A stretch of 63,890 bases of DNA, filler included. It is 10 parts of 10 records of this genome, joined end to end, with 100 filler letters (N's around TTAATTAATTAA, not from the genome) between each part and the next. Parts side by side here need not be neighbours in the genome. Positions count along the whole stretch, not along the records: positions 40,021 to 55,420 come from SRR15195285_1445; positions 55,521 to 59,293 come from SRR15195285_1446; 8 more parts are not named here. The stretch is one strand, 5' to 3'. Shown piece after piece: positions 45,506-57,316 of the stretch; the first letter of the stretch is position 1, and each line of letters starts with the position of its first letter. The translations under genes were made by a program, and so were the position numbers. The notes under the pieces were generated by a model that was not told the origin of the DNA, searched no databases, and saw only the letters and a program-made list of their open reading frames with translations.

Positions 45506-47182
45506 ATGGCGGAGACAGATCCCGCCGCCATCGCACCAGTCAACAACCCAATGTTGTCGCCCCTCGAAGATGATGCACTCAGTACCAGCATCACCGATGA
45601 CCTAGAGCAGGCCCTGAATGGAGAGGGTGTAGCGAGCGGAGTGCCACCCGCGATGATCGAAACTGCCGTGCAGACTGTGTTCGGTCGGCTCACTATGGCT
45701 CCTACCAACTGGCACCAGGTGCGGTAGTTGCTCGCGAAGCTTTATTGTTTGCCTCCAAATCGCTTGCATCAGCTCGAAACTGCCGTGCAGACTGTGTTCG
45801 AGCGAGCAGCTGGGACTTCTGCAAGTGGCGTGCTACCCTTCTGAGTGGCCGCTGTGCCGCAGATGGCGATCTTCTACCTATCCAGCCCACACGACGAGGA
45901 TGCGGCTATGCGCAGACACGGGCCTGTAATGTTCGTGGTCAGCCTGGTGCTGGTGCTCACGCAGTGCTTCGTGACTGCGTCGATCGCTCTGGGCGCTCTG
46001 ATAAAGTCGTGTGGCAGTAATGACGACTGTGACAGAGGGATGTTTTGTCTGACGGGTACATTTGCCGATCGTTGTGCCTACTGCTCGTCAAGCCCGCCGA
46101 TTCTGTTTTATGGCTCTCGATCTGGAACGATGACGATCGATGGAATGGTAATGGATGACACCACGCCAGTGAAGCCATACGACCACCCGGACTGGCCCAA
46201 CATCTACAACTTCAGCCTGGTTGCGGAAATTTGCTCGGATCCGAGCGGTCGTCAAACGTATATTCAGAGCACGCCGCCTCCGGGCATCGTAGATGTCTCA
46301 AGCTCGATGGTTTTGAATTGGTGTGACTCGTGCGTGAGTGGCGCGACGGGGCATGTCGATCTGTCCGTTGAGACCAGCGTGGCTTCTCAACACGTTGCAG
46401 CGATGGGATTTGCAGATCTTCTTGCCCTCACGCTTGCTTCCATGGTCATCGGGCTTCAAGCAGTGGGTGAAATCAAGGACATCGATTTGAGCTCGATGGC
46501 GATGAACTATGCAGGCGATCAACTTGGTGTGGGTTGGCGCAGGGGCTTTGCATTCATCAACTTTCTCCGGCGCCGGGTATTCATCTTGCTCGTGGTGATG
46601 GCAGCCACGATCTTGGTATTGATCCACGGTGGTGACGCGCTCAGTGTGTGCATGAACACCGTGGCAATACTCTTCATCTTTGAGGTACGATGCTCGATTG
46701 CATTAGACTTGGTAGATGCTCACTCGTGCAATCGTAGCCATTTGTCACTTCGGTAACTTAGTGTGCGCGTGCGTGTGGGGGTGAAAAAGATTGATAATGC
46801 GTTGTTCGCTATCGGCACTGCCGAGCGTGTGCGCGCACGTGTCGAGATTGCGGGCCGAGTGAAGATCGGCGACGAAGAATCCATCAAACTTGCACGCAAA
46901 AAGTGGCTCCATGTGGTTGCAGTTACGGTCTCAGTTCTTGTCGGAGTTCACACCTCGGTTTGGGCGAGCCAGAATAGGAAGCAACCCTTGTTCGCGGGGG
47001 TTTGGCTCACGACCACAATCGTATGCGTGGGTACGACTGTCATTGAGGAGCTGTGGGCCAACAATCTTGATCCCAACTGTACGGTGCATTGGCGAAGCGT
47101 TGGGGTCGGGGTAGTGCTCAGCGTGCTGGGCGCTAATCTTGCGATGATATTTTCGCTGATTGTCTTCAATTTCGCGAGTTGA
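45506..47182 (+). CDS. Uncharacterised multi-pass membrane protein with a Cys-rich extracellular loop (paralog A); introns 45719-45862, 46685-46789
   Basis: The spliced product aligns with the gene at 47656-49158: AP.NWHQ, SC.SN..C..GM.C, DRCAYC, NWC..CV, GE.KDI.L, GGDALS.C.N.VA.LF..E.DN. Confidence 0.85.
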
Positions 47183-47655
47183 TGGCAGCATGTACTGGGC
47201 CAAATTGGGTGGGATGGAGAGGAGGGGAGGGGAGCAGGAGAGAAGGGGGGCAGCCGGTTCGTGTTCATGTGACCTGCATTGCTATACCTAATATACTCAT
47301 GAGCAATCATGTGGTCACAACTCCCTTTTCTGCTCTTGCTCTGGTCTCGGCAAACAGCGATTATAATTATGGAGTCACTCTACGTCCGAACCATCAGTTG
47401 CAAGGTAGTGCGCGTAAAACAGGACTAAAGCAAAATGATGCATCAGGCCTGATGCATCGTCGAGGGAGCACCCGCAGTTCCATTTGCAAACTCGTAATTC
47501 ACAAGGCGAATGGTTATGGCACTAGGCTACCAAGAACACAGTGCTACTGGGCGCCCCCTTGTGAATACGGGCCCGCGCAGTCGTAGGCGAGTAGGCGCCG
47601 ATGACGGAACACACGTACGTCAATACGAAGACCAGACAGGTATCAACTGGACCTC

Positions 47656-49158
47656 TTATGGTCCCATTACTGCGGCTGTCATGAGTCCAGAGAAGCAAAC
47701 AATGCCTAGCGCTGCGCTGCCAGCGACCTTCAAGGCCGCCGTAGCACGTTCCTGCGATGTGCGGCCCGTCAATAAACACTCAGTCACAACCCGAGCTATG
47801 CCAAAGCCAAGGAAAGTCACCGGCAAAATTGACTCAAAGCTATTGCCTGCCCAGCCGGATGACAAGAGCCCGGCCATAAGCAAAACGACAATGGATGAGC
47901 CGAGAGCCCGACGTTCTAGTTGAATCGCTTGTAGGTTCACCTCGCTGAGGTCTATACGACCCAGTTGCTCGACCCTCACACGCACTCGCTCGTCTAGCAG
48001 ATTGGCGAAAGCGATATTATCCACCTCGTATAGAAACAAAACTGCGACGGAGTTGAGGCAAAGCGAGAGTGCATCACCACCACCAACAGCGACGAGGCTG
48101 CTCACCGCACAGATGACAGTCGGCAAAAACACGTGACCACGCAACAGTCCGAGGACCTGAAACACGCGTCGAGGAGTCGTCGCGATGTTCGAGGAACGCT
48201 CAGCAGCCAGTTTACACAGATAAATGTCCTTGAGCTCGCCGATACTCGCTAAGCTCATAAATGCAGCAGCGAGAATCAAAGTGTACCAATCAAAAGCGCC
48301 CATCGCCGACAAATTGTTGCGGATTCGCACCGCCTCTGTCAAATCGCTTACGTGCTGATCAAGTGGGAAGACGCATGCTTCGCACCAATTCTGGACGTAT
48401 GTGCCCGATACCGGTGAGCGGTGTTTTTCTACATCTGCATACCAAGTCGCAATCGACAGCCCTGCATCTGGATGTCTGCATGTCCACTCTACGGCAGTCC
48501 AGTTAAATCCGCCATTCTTCGTTCCAGTGACGAATACCGGGTGTGCCCCCGCATCCTCTGTCACAGATTCACGTATCTCGCCTTCCACGGACAGCCGATA
48601 GAATGCCTCACCTGGCCACCATTCATGTCCTGAGACCACGAACTGCTGTGGCAAACGGGGTCGCAACGTCCATGGCAGATTCCACACCGTGCCTGTGGCG
48701 ATATCAATCTGCAACGGAACCGGAGATGAATTGGCACAATACGCGCAGCGATCAGACTCTGTGACCCCGCTCTCAAACACCTCGCAGTACATGCCTGAAA
48801 TCAAGCACTGGCTGTTGGAGGCACAGGAGACAGCAATAGTATTTTTCCAAGCGCCCACGGCCGCAGCTAGCTGAAACAGAACGATCGCAATGCTTCCAAA
48901 CATCAGCGAGCCACGCTTGGCTACGTCATCTGGCTCAGGCGACGTGTATGCATAGACGGTTGCTTGGTGCCAGTTTGGTGGCGCCTCGGCCAACTGCGCC
49001 AGTACTCTATGCACCGACGATACGATTTGCCCTCGCTCCTGGAACTCAGCGCGCAGCGCAGCGATCTGCTCCACCGAGAACTGGCTTCCGAGCAGAGGGG
49101 AGGCCTCTTCGTCAGGAGTGCCCTCCAGCGGATTGTTTGTCGTTTCATTCGTAGTCAT
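47656..49158 (-). CDS. Uncharacterised multi-pass membrane protein with a Cys-rich extracellular loop (paralog B, intronless)
   Basis: ORF of about 500 codons from MTTNETTNNPL, with the same motif series as paralog A. Confidence 0.85.
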   Translation of the reverse strand: MTTNETTNNPLEGTPDEEASPLLGSQFSVEQIAALRAEFQERGQIVSSVHRVLAQLAEAPPNWHQATVYAYTSPEPDDVAKRGSLMFGSIAIVLFQLAAAVGAWKNTIAVSCASNSQCLISGMYCEVFESGVTESDRCAYCANSSPVPLQIDIATGTVWNLPWTLRPRLPQQFVVSGHEWWPGEAFYRLSVEGEIRESVTEDAGAHPVFVTGTKNGGFNWTAVEWTCRHPDAGLSIATWYADVEKHRSPVSGTYVQNWCEACVFPLDQHVSDLTEAVRIRNNLSAMGAFDWYTLILAAAFMSLASIGELKDIYLCKLAAERSSNIATTPRRVFQVLGLLRGHVFLPTVICAVSSLVAVGGGDALSLCLNSVAVLFLYEVDNIAFANLLDERVRVRVEQLGRIDLSEVNLQAIQLERRALGSSIVVLLMAGLLSSGWAGNSFESILPVTFLGFGIARVVTECLLTGRTSQERATAALKVAGSAALGIVCFSGLMTAAVMGP

Positions 49159-50077
49159 GATGCGCGCGTCCCGCCGCAGCCGTCGTTGGCGGGGTACACG
49201 CGGTACGTCTCGAACGCGCGGATGTACTGTATAGTACTCCTGTACTGGTACTGCCCGCGTGCTGCGCTGCAGCGCGTGCCGAGCTAGTGCAGACGCCGAT
49301 GCATTGCCAGTACACACTCCAGCATGCAGGCCACGAGGGGATCGGTCGGAGCGCCGCGCGCGCCGCCACGCGCGCCGCGCGCGGTGAGTCGCCGTGGTAC
49401 GTCGAGTACGTAGTAAACTTGTATCCGCCGGAGTACGCGCACGCGCGCGCGATATACTAGTAGGAATTCCTATGGCTATGCGCACACACCTTGACGATTA
49501 GACGGCCTTCCACGTTACCGGTCACCTGCGAAGAGTAGATGCACTCACTGATCCGGTTCAGTCTGGTTCGACTGCATAATTCCGGTCCAAACCCCCGGAT
49601 CACGAGCGTGTTCGGTGTTGAATCTGACCCAGCCTGCTGTTCCCTCTGTGTCGACTGTGACAGACACGAGGCGGAGACAGAGCAGAACACTGTGCCACAG
49701 AGGGAAACGCCATTCTTTCTAATTCGAGCACCCTCCGTCGCGCTGCAGCACGCCTGGTCGCCTGCGGGGCCTCTCGTTGAGAAGCTCTCAGACCGACAGC
49801 GATACCAGACAGCCGGCTTGCCGTTACGGCCCTCTGGATGGAGAGGTGGGGAAGATTAGGGGAGATGGAAGATCGGTAGCAGCCCGAGAGACGGGCTGGA
49901 GGTGGGAGTTGGCGTAAGTGCGATCGACAGACGACAGAGGCTGGCGGCGACGATGTAGGAGATCTTGGGATTCTCTGCGTCGCGAGCCTTGCCTCGACTG
50001 CAGTATACTTTACAGCGAGGTGGAGGCGAGGAGACGAGGGTGTCTCGGGGAGGGAGGGGAGCCGCGCAGACGCGGGA

Positions 50078-51157
50078 ATGGCTGCTGCTGCTACTGCAGG
50101 GAGCACGGAGCCGGAGTTGACGTGCTTCGGCGCGCGCCGCGTGGTGGTCACCGCTCCGCATTGCATCCCCCTGTGCCGCGACAGCCACCCGGTGCACAAG
50201 AAGGAAGAGTACACGCGGCTGTTGGCACTCAAGTTCGCGGCGGCTCTGCACGGCGCTGCGCTGACGTGGAGCAAGGAGACCGCGGACCGGCTGGGTCCTA
50301 GGCCTGACCCGTCCCTAAGGGATCCCAATCATCTGCGCGTCGACGAGCTGACGGCTAACCGCTGGTCTCAGCGGCTCAGTAGGCTGGTAGCTACCGAAGG
50401 ATCGGGCGAGAGCAGCGCCAGTGAATCCCGCCATGCGAAGATGGCGCGCGAGCTGCAGAACCAGGAAGACCAGGTGTCCAAAGAGGCGAAACAAAGGGAG
50501 CCAAGGAGCAGCTCGCCGCGATCGCGTGGGCAGCTGACGACGCCCACATTGCACATTGACGTTCATGGCGCACGAAATCCGTGTCCAGATGGGCACCGCG
50601 CCCACATTCACTTAGGCCTCATGGCAATGAAGCGGTCGCCCAGCCCCAGAGTGCGTGATGCCTGCGAGAAGCTACGCTCTGCGCTGGCGGCGGAACTTGC
50701 GACGTGGTCACATGAGTTTTGTGAGGTCGCTCAGAGCGGCGTGCCCTCGCGAGGCTCGAGTAGTTCCACCGGCCCGCTGCTGAACGGCTATCCGATCGTT
50801 CAAGCAAATCCACAGGAACGGCTGACGGGCGCGCTGGATTCAAGCACTGGGCGGGTTACAATGACGCAGCAGTCTGTGCTGTACGGCTGCTCGCACGCGG
50901 TACAAGTGGAATTGAGCCACACCGTCCGTGAAGTCTTCGCGAAGAAGGACAAAGGGTGCCAACGCGTCCGCGCCTCATTCGCACGGGCTATTGGGCGCGC
51001 GTGGGCTAGGGTTACAGCCCAGCCATCGCCACGGGCAACACGGTCACCTCGCACCCCTCGGTCAGCCCGCACATCAGGCACAAGTCTTCCGGTAATTGTA
51101 CCCCGCCAGCCAGCACACACCGCGACAACTGGGCTGCGTGACGTCCGGTTGACGTGA
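50078..51157 (+). CDS. Zn-dependent hydrolase, N-formylglutamate amidohydrolase / Zn-carboxypeptidase-like fold
   Basis: VVVTAPH...EEYT..LA, RDPN, LHIDVHG, IHLG, AVQVELS..VR. The H/E/H metal-ligand pattern is present. Confidence 0.6.
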   Translation: MAAAATAGSTEPELTCFGARRVVVTAPHCIPLCRDSHPVHKKEEYTRLLALKFAAALHGAALTWSKETADRLGPRPDPSLRDPNHLRVDELTANRWSQRLSRLVATEGSGESSASESRHAKMARELQNQEDQVSKEAKQREPRSSSPRSRGQLTTPTLHIDVHGARNPCPDGHRAHIHLGLMAMKRSPSPRVRDACEKLRSALAAELATWSHEFCEVAQSGVPSRGSSSSTGPLLNGYPIVQANPQERLTGALDSSTGRVTMTQQSVLYGCSHAVQVELSHTVREVFAKKDKGCQRVRASFARAIGRAWARVTAQPSPRATRSPRTPRSARTSGTSLPVIVPRQPAHTATTGLRDVRLT

Positions 51158-51299
51158 AGCTTCGTGTGGTTAGGAAGCTTGCAAATTTCTTGTGTCATTC
51201 ATTTTGACAAAATCCAATGGATGTCGGTGACGGACTTTCTTGAGATGACAAGTTGTCCAACAATCTGGCTAATCGCTTGATGGCACCAAGGCGCCCTGA

Positions 51300-54200
51300 T
51301 CAGAAGCTTCGATCCGCACGCATCCAGAAAGAGTCTAGCAGGAATGTAGCATTAGCTCCTGCCTCGAAGTTCAGGTACAGGTCGTGTGCACCACCATCAT
51401 CGGCCAAGTCACGCTGCTGTGCTTGCAGCGAGAGCGTGCCTATGTAATCGCAGAAACCTGCCGCGTTGCCGTCAGCTGTAGCCATGCCTTCATTCACAAC
51501 TGGCCTTCCCTTGACCATCTGAACCGAACCCAGACTCTGTGCCAACGAGCCAGCTGAGAGGGGACCTCCTAATGTGAAGGTAATGTTCAGTGACGTCCCT
51601 GTCGTAGTTCTATGTCCATGCGGTGGTCCAGCTGGCGGGGGAGTGGGCTCGACCGACGGTGGTGAAGTGGTGACACCTGCGTGCCCGCCCATGGTAGTCG
51701 TGTTGAACGGGCAATCGGCCGATGCGTTGACGAACCACGCGTCGTAAAAACAGTGCCCATCATCTGACCATTGTATGGCAAGGGTTCGCGCACAGTACTG
51801 CGTGTCAAATTGCTTGATCTTGACAGAACGCACAGAGACGTTCTGATTACCGAAGTCCCAGCCGAGATAATTTTCTGTCTTGGAATTCATACCACCGTGG
51901 ATTCCCGCCCAGCTCGAGACATTCCCTCGATTGCAGGTCGGTGCGCTTGGCCAAGCGCCGCCCTTGCTCGCAATTATCTGTCCCACACTTTTGTCAGCAG
52001 GCAGCAGTGACGGCCCAGTGCCATCGTCACTGCTGAAGAAGTCAAGTGAGCACACATCCCACGTCCAAGGGCCGAGGTTTTCGAAATACTCTGGGCGCGC
52101 GTCGACACGCCAGAACCGATGCCTGTCTGAATGTTTTGTTGGTGGCTTGGAAGAGTTGCATGGAGTTGGAGAAGGGCTCGGTGCCACCACACACTGCCCA
52201 TCGACGTGAGCTCGGATGACGACTGTTGCCGTTGTGGCCCCACCACTGTTAAACACACGATTTTTGTAGACCGCCCAGGCTCCAGGCGCACATCCGAATC
52301 TTCCGTATGGCCAAGCACCACCAGGAGGAACTGACAACAAACCCGCCGAAGGTGCTTTCACCAGTCCACGTACACGATCTTCGTCTTCGAAATGCTGTTT
52401 CTCACCGAGTTCAGCAGTAGGGTCACCCTCACGGAAGAGGAAACGGCGACCGACGAGGCTCGGCTCGAAGGGGAAGTCGTCTCCGAGGCCGATTTTGGAC
52501 AGGTTGATCGGCATGTGCCGCACAGACTGTGCGGCAGCGTTGGAGACTACAAAGTCAGTCCAATTCGTAGCCCAGGGAGGGTTAGTGCGTCGAAAACCAG
52601 GGTCTCCGAATCGCGAATGTTGCTGGAAGCCAAGGCCGCGCGGCGGGGAAATGGAGAGATTCGGATTTAATGGCTGATCCACCAAATTCCAGTCTAGCTC
52701 CTCGATCATCGGTAGTGCCATCTCCTCGGTCGACAATCGGTAGGTGCACTCGGGACAGTGTGGTCTTCCCCAGCCAGTATTGCAGTTGGCATGATAGCAG
52801 GTCATGGAAGCATTCCCACCAATTACATTGCCACTTTCGCCAACAGCAATATGTCCAGACGGCTTTCCAACCCCGGGTGGTGCGCCAGGAGGTGGGGTGA
52901 AGTGATTGTTGGTGTCCCCTGGCCAAAGGCTGTTCGGGTTACCCATCAACCCACAATATCCGGTGGTGTTGCCGAACACATTGTGCCGCACGATCATCTG
53001 CGCCACTGGGCCGGCGTATGCGCCCATCCAAATCGCGCCACCTAGAGACGAGTCAGCTGCAGCACGGGGTTAATCGTTGGGAAGAGGTTTACCAGCTCGC
53101 AAGACGATAGCAAGAGGAAGCAGCACACGTACCCATGACATTGTTCTCGAATACTTCCTGCCAATTCTTGACCATTGCACCGTTTCCACCACTGCACGCA
53201 TCAATCTCGTACAAAACATTGCTACGATACTCCGAGAAATGAGTTTGGGCGTCCGAAAAAAGGATTTGGACACCCATCGATTCTGCTTCGTTTGGCCGAC
53301 CCCATCGCTTTGGCGGTATAGACACATCGTGGATGGCATTAGCAATCACACGCTGTCCCTTCCCAACACCATACGACTCGACCAAACCTGGATCGCAAGA
53401 ATCTCTGACCAGGTTCGAGAACTCGTTATGAATAATTGTATTGTTGCGAGCATGGTTGACTGGAAACATGGAGTCAAACCCCCAGATCGGAATATCATAC
53501 AATCCATGATCACTCCCACCGAGGGCTTTGTTGAAGGCTGTCGCAGCTGTGGTCCGGTATTTCGAGTAATTCACGACCGACAGGCAAACATAGTGTGGTC
53601 CAAACAGGCCGACCGCGTTACGAGGACCTCTATTGATCAAATTCCGAGAGACCGTGTTGTTTCCAGACTGAAACAGCCAGATCCCCGCTGCGCCGAAATT
53701 CATTGTACCTGCACGCACTGATACTCAGACTGACTGCTCACTCTGAGAGACTTTTTTGAACGCAGTATGTACTGAGACGGCGGAGAGCAAACGTACCGAC
53801 ATTTCGAATGACATTAGAGTCGATGGTATGATTGCGATTAACATATGTATCCATAGCTGTGGTGTTCGGTCCTTGAACATACGACTCTGGCGCACCGGGC
53901 CAGAATCCATACGCAAATATACCGCAATACCCAATATCCTCGAACCAGTTGCCTTTGATGGTCACCGAGTTTACTGCGTAGTTCAGCCAGATTCCAGACG
54001 CAGCGGTGCTGTGAATTTTGCAGCCGATGATCTCAATATTCGATGCATTTTCCATGAAAATCATTCCCTGTCGCATTGCTGGTGGCACAGCGTTGCACTC
54101 GGTCTTGTTCGAAAGATACCACGAGTCCGCACCGTCCTTCAACAGCACAATGAGAACTCAGTCGCTCAGATGGACAGACTGACTTTCACAGCAGGACTAG

Positions 54201-55268
54201 CAAATAGCAGCACAGCAACCACTCTGGCATCATGTGAGGCAACAGTGGTCCACTCACTGATCCAATAAATGACAAGCCGACAAAGGACAGCCCAGATACC
54301 ACTTGCCCCTCAACGAAAGACTCGCCCACGATCTGAAGCGGACGCTGCGAGATCGGAGCCACGATCTCGAGTGTCTCGATTGGCAAACCAGAACGTGGCC
54401 AGTAGTAGAGCCATTCACCTTCTGCATCGAGAGCCCACTCACCTGGCTCGTCAATCAGCCCGGCAGAGCCGAAAAGATAGCAGTGCGGGCCTGCTGGCAT
54501 GTTGCTGGCGCTCTTGTCTGGATCTTGACGGAACGTGCCTGTACGAGATGTTAGGTTGAACGACTCAACTGCCCAAGTCTCCGACCAATAGTAGTTGTGG
54601 CCAGATGTCATCACCATCGAAGTATTCCCGAGCCCAAAGGTCGAGATGTTGGGCGGCAGGGAGCCCTCAGCCCAGCTGAAGCCACTGTTGCTTGCACCGC
54701 CGAGCCAGCCAGCGCCAGCACCCGGGTTCGTGTTCGGATGGCGGGCAGGATTTCCCTGCCTTCCATTCTCCGACAGGCCGTAGATGCGACGTCCTAGTCG
54801 CGTTCGGTAAACCTCGCCCCATGCATGCTGCCAGGCTCTAAGCACTCGTCCACCAAGGACCCGCGCCTCTGCAGACGCAGGGCCGTGTTTTCTCCAAACC
54901 ACGCGCGCTCCGACTCCACGCCCCGAGTCGACAGAGGTGAAGCGAAGCGGCATATCCAACTCGTACTGCCCAGGGTGCACCAGAACCTCAATATCTAATG
55001 ATGTAGTACCAGTCGCGTTGTCGAGAAGGCGACGTACTTCGGACTGCGCAGCATGGAGCGAGACGAAGGGCCTATCTGCGCTGCCATCGGCAGCAGCAAA
55101 AATGGATGTGGATGCCAGGAGGCTGCCGCCTGTGGCCGCAGGTTGGGTAAGCGCATTGGGCGCGACGTGGACTTGCAGACGTTTGCCACAAGCGTTGCAG
55201 GGGACGGTGGCCACTGCGAGGAGCAGCACCCAGAAGATCAACAGCCGATCTCGGTGGTGCAGCGCCAT
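51300..55268 (-). CDS. Large secreted beta-helix glycoside hydrolase (GH141-like) with a C-terminal CBM6-like module; introns 54257-54137, 53796-53709, 53132-53057
   Basis: Signal peptide, then VHVAP...DGSADRPFVSLHAAQ..VR...GQYELDMPLRF...DSG, ARHPN, IDEPGEW...LYYWP and beta-helix repeats. C-terminal GAWAVYKN..F...HDLYLNF. Four ORFs are joined by phase-compatible GT-AG introns. Confidence 0.8.
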
Positions 55269-55420
55269 CGCGATCCGCCGGCGCCGGCCCGACTGAGACA
55301 TGCTGGCACAGGCGCGCAGCGCGAGAGCATCATGCAGCAACGCGCACGGTCGCACGGCGGACGCACGCTCTTCAACGGTACGTTCGAATACATGTACATG
55401 TGCTACTCTTGAGACCGGGG

Positions 55421-55520
55421 NNNNNNNNNNNNNNNNNNNNNNNNNNNNNNNNNNNNNNNNNNNNTTAATTAATTAANNNNNNNNNNNNNNNNNNNNNNNN
55501 NNNNNNNNNNNNNNNNNNNN
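55421..55520. other. Artificial contig-joining linker
   Basis: N44-TTAATTAATTAA-N44. Confidence 0.99.
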
Positions 55521-55709
55521 CTGCTGCTGCTGCTGCTGCTGCTGCAGCAGAACGGTCTGCTTCGCTGCAGCAAACTCTGTGTCCGTCAGGTCCCCTCTGT
55601 GGAACATCTCGGCCAACTCCCGGAGCTTGGCAGCCAGCCCTGCATGCACCGGCGAAATGTTCCTGGATAAGCACGCCACGAGCACAAGCGCGACCTTGCA
55701 TATGTACAT
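55521..55709 (-). CDS. N-terminal fragment of a signal-peptide + SHOCT-domain protein with polyQ (truncated)
   Basis: MYICKVALVLVACLS...LAAKLRELAEMFHRGDLTDTEFAAAKQTVL matches the SHOCT pattern. A (CAG)n run reaches the contig end. Confidence 0.65.
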
Positions 55710-56046
55710 CACCACCCCAACCAGACAGGCTAAATGCGTTCGATACTCCCTACTGTTTCTCTGCGTGTATTCGCGTTCACGTGGCGCTGGCGCGAGTATG
55801 ATTACTAGTATGTACTCAGACAGAGGGCTGCAACCACTAGCAGTTTCATGCCGCCCACCGCGACGCACACGTACCGACGCTCGCACACCGCGGGGTACGC
55901 GCACGCGCGCGCACCTCCACGCGTCCGACTCGCCGTCGCCGGCGGTCGTCCCGCGCAGAACGCCCGAGCAGAGTGCTGGGGTCCCCGCCACAAACGCCTT
56001 TGGGATCCGTGCATCCTCGAGAGAGCCACACTGGTCTCGCACAGGG

Positions 56047-56978
56047 ATGGCAGAGCTTGCAGGACGCGTCGCAGTGGTGACTGGAGCAAGCTCTGGGATC
56101 GGAGAGGCGATTGGCACCGCGCTGATGGCGCGGGGCATGAAGGTCGCGCTCGTCTCCCGCCGGTCGAAGCAGTTCTCTTATGACGTCTCTGACCCAGGTG
56201 AGGTGGAGCGGCTCAAGGAACAGGTTGAGGCAGAGCTCGGTGTACCCTCGGTGGTTATCAACAACGCTGGGGTGTTTGGTCCTATCCAGAGTATTGCTGA
56301 CGCCGATCCTGCCGAGTGGATTGAGACCATCCAGATCAACACGGTGGGGCCTTACCTAGTCACCCGGGCCTTCTTGGCAGGCATGGCCTCGCAGGGCTGG
56401 GGACGGATTGTCAACGTGAGCTCAGCAGCATCGCTGGGTACTCCTGGGCCTGGGAACAGTGCATACGCCACGTCCAAGGTAGCTCTGAATCAGTTTACAC
56501 GCCATCTCGCCGCCGAGATGGTGGGCACTGGCGTAACTGCCAACGTGATCCATCCTGGTGATGTGCAGACTGAGATGTATACAAAGTCCCTCTTTCCACC
56601 AGTCGTGACACCGCATAATGGAGTGTGCAGTGCCGTATCTGATGTTGCCGTGTGGATGTGTACCGTTGAAGGTGGCAGGACATTAAGAACAAGGCTGGGG
56701 CCGAAGGGCAACAAATGGCGGACTGGGTGGCAAACGTGGCTGAGGTGCGTCTCTGGCCGTTTGCGTACAGCTGTGATCTCATTGTGCAATCGTCTCTTGT
56801 TGTGCCTGAGGTTGGTAACTGACCCGATCAGGGGGGCGATCCACCAGAGAAGGCAGCGAAGCTAGTGCTCGACATTGTTGACAGTGATGTGAGCGGGGGC
56901 TTCCTATGGATCGACGAGCCAGCGTTCTACCCCGAACCAGATGTATCGCACCCAAGTTGGGAAATTCCGAAATTGTAG
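56047..56978 (+). CDS. Short-chain dehydrogenase/reductase; introns 56577-56671, 56745-56831
   Basis: VAVVTGASSGIG, INNAG, GRIVNVSS, YATSK, ANVIHPG.VQTEM. The spliced C-terminus is WQDIK...GGDPPEKAAKLVL. Confidence 0.92.
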
Positions 56979-57316
56979 CATGAGGGAGTCGCTAGGCTTG
57001 CACGTCGACACAATTTCAATCAATTTGGCACGTGCACCCATCGGCCACCCCCACCAGCCGATGTGCCACATGCCCGTGAATGGCGACAGGCAGTGTGGCC
57101 AATGCTGTGGGCTGTTGCGATGTACAAGTGCAACCGACGACGCCTGCTTGCTTGGTGCGACCGACGACATCTGCCTGTCTGCTTGCTTGCCTGCCTGCCT
57201 AGCGGCCTGATACTGGATTTTAAAAACTTAGTGGGACGCTGACACGACTGCCCCTTCCATCTCCAACGCCGGGATGGGTACATCAGCTGCACGAAGAGTA
57301 ACCGCAGTACTCTCAG

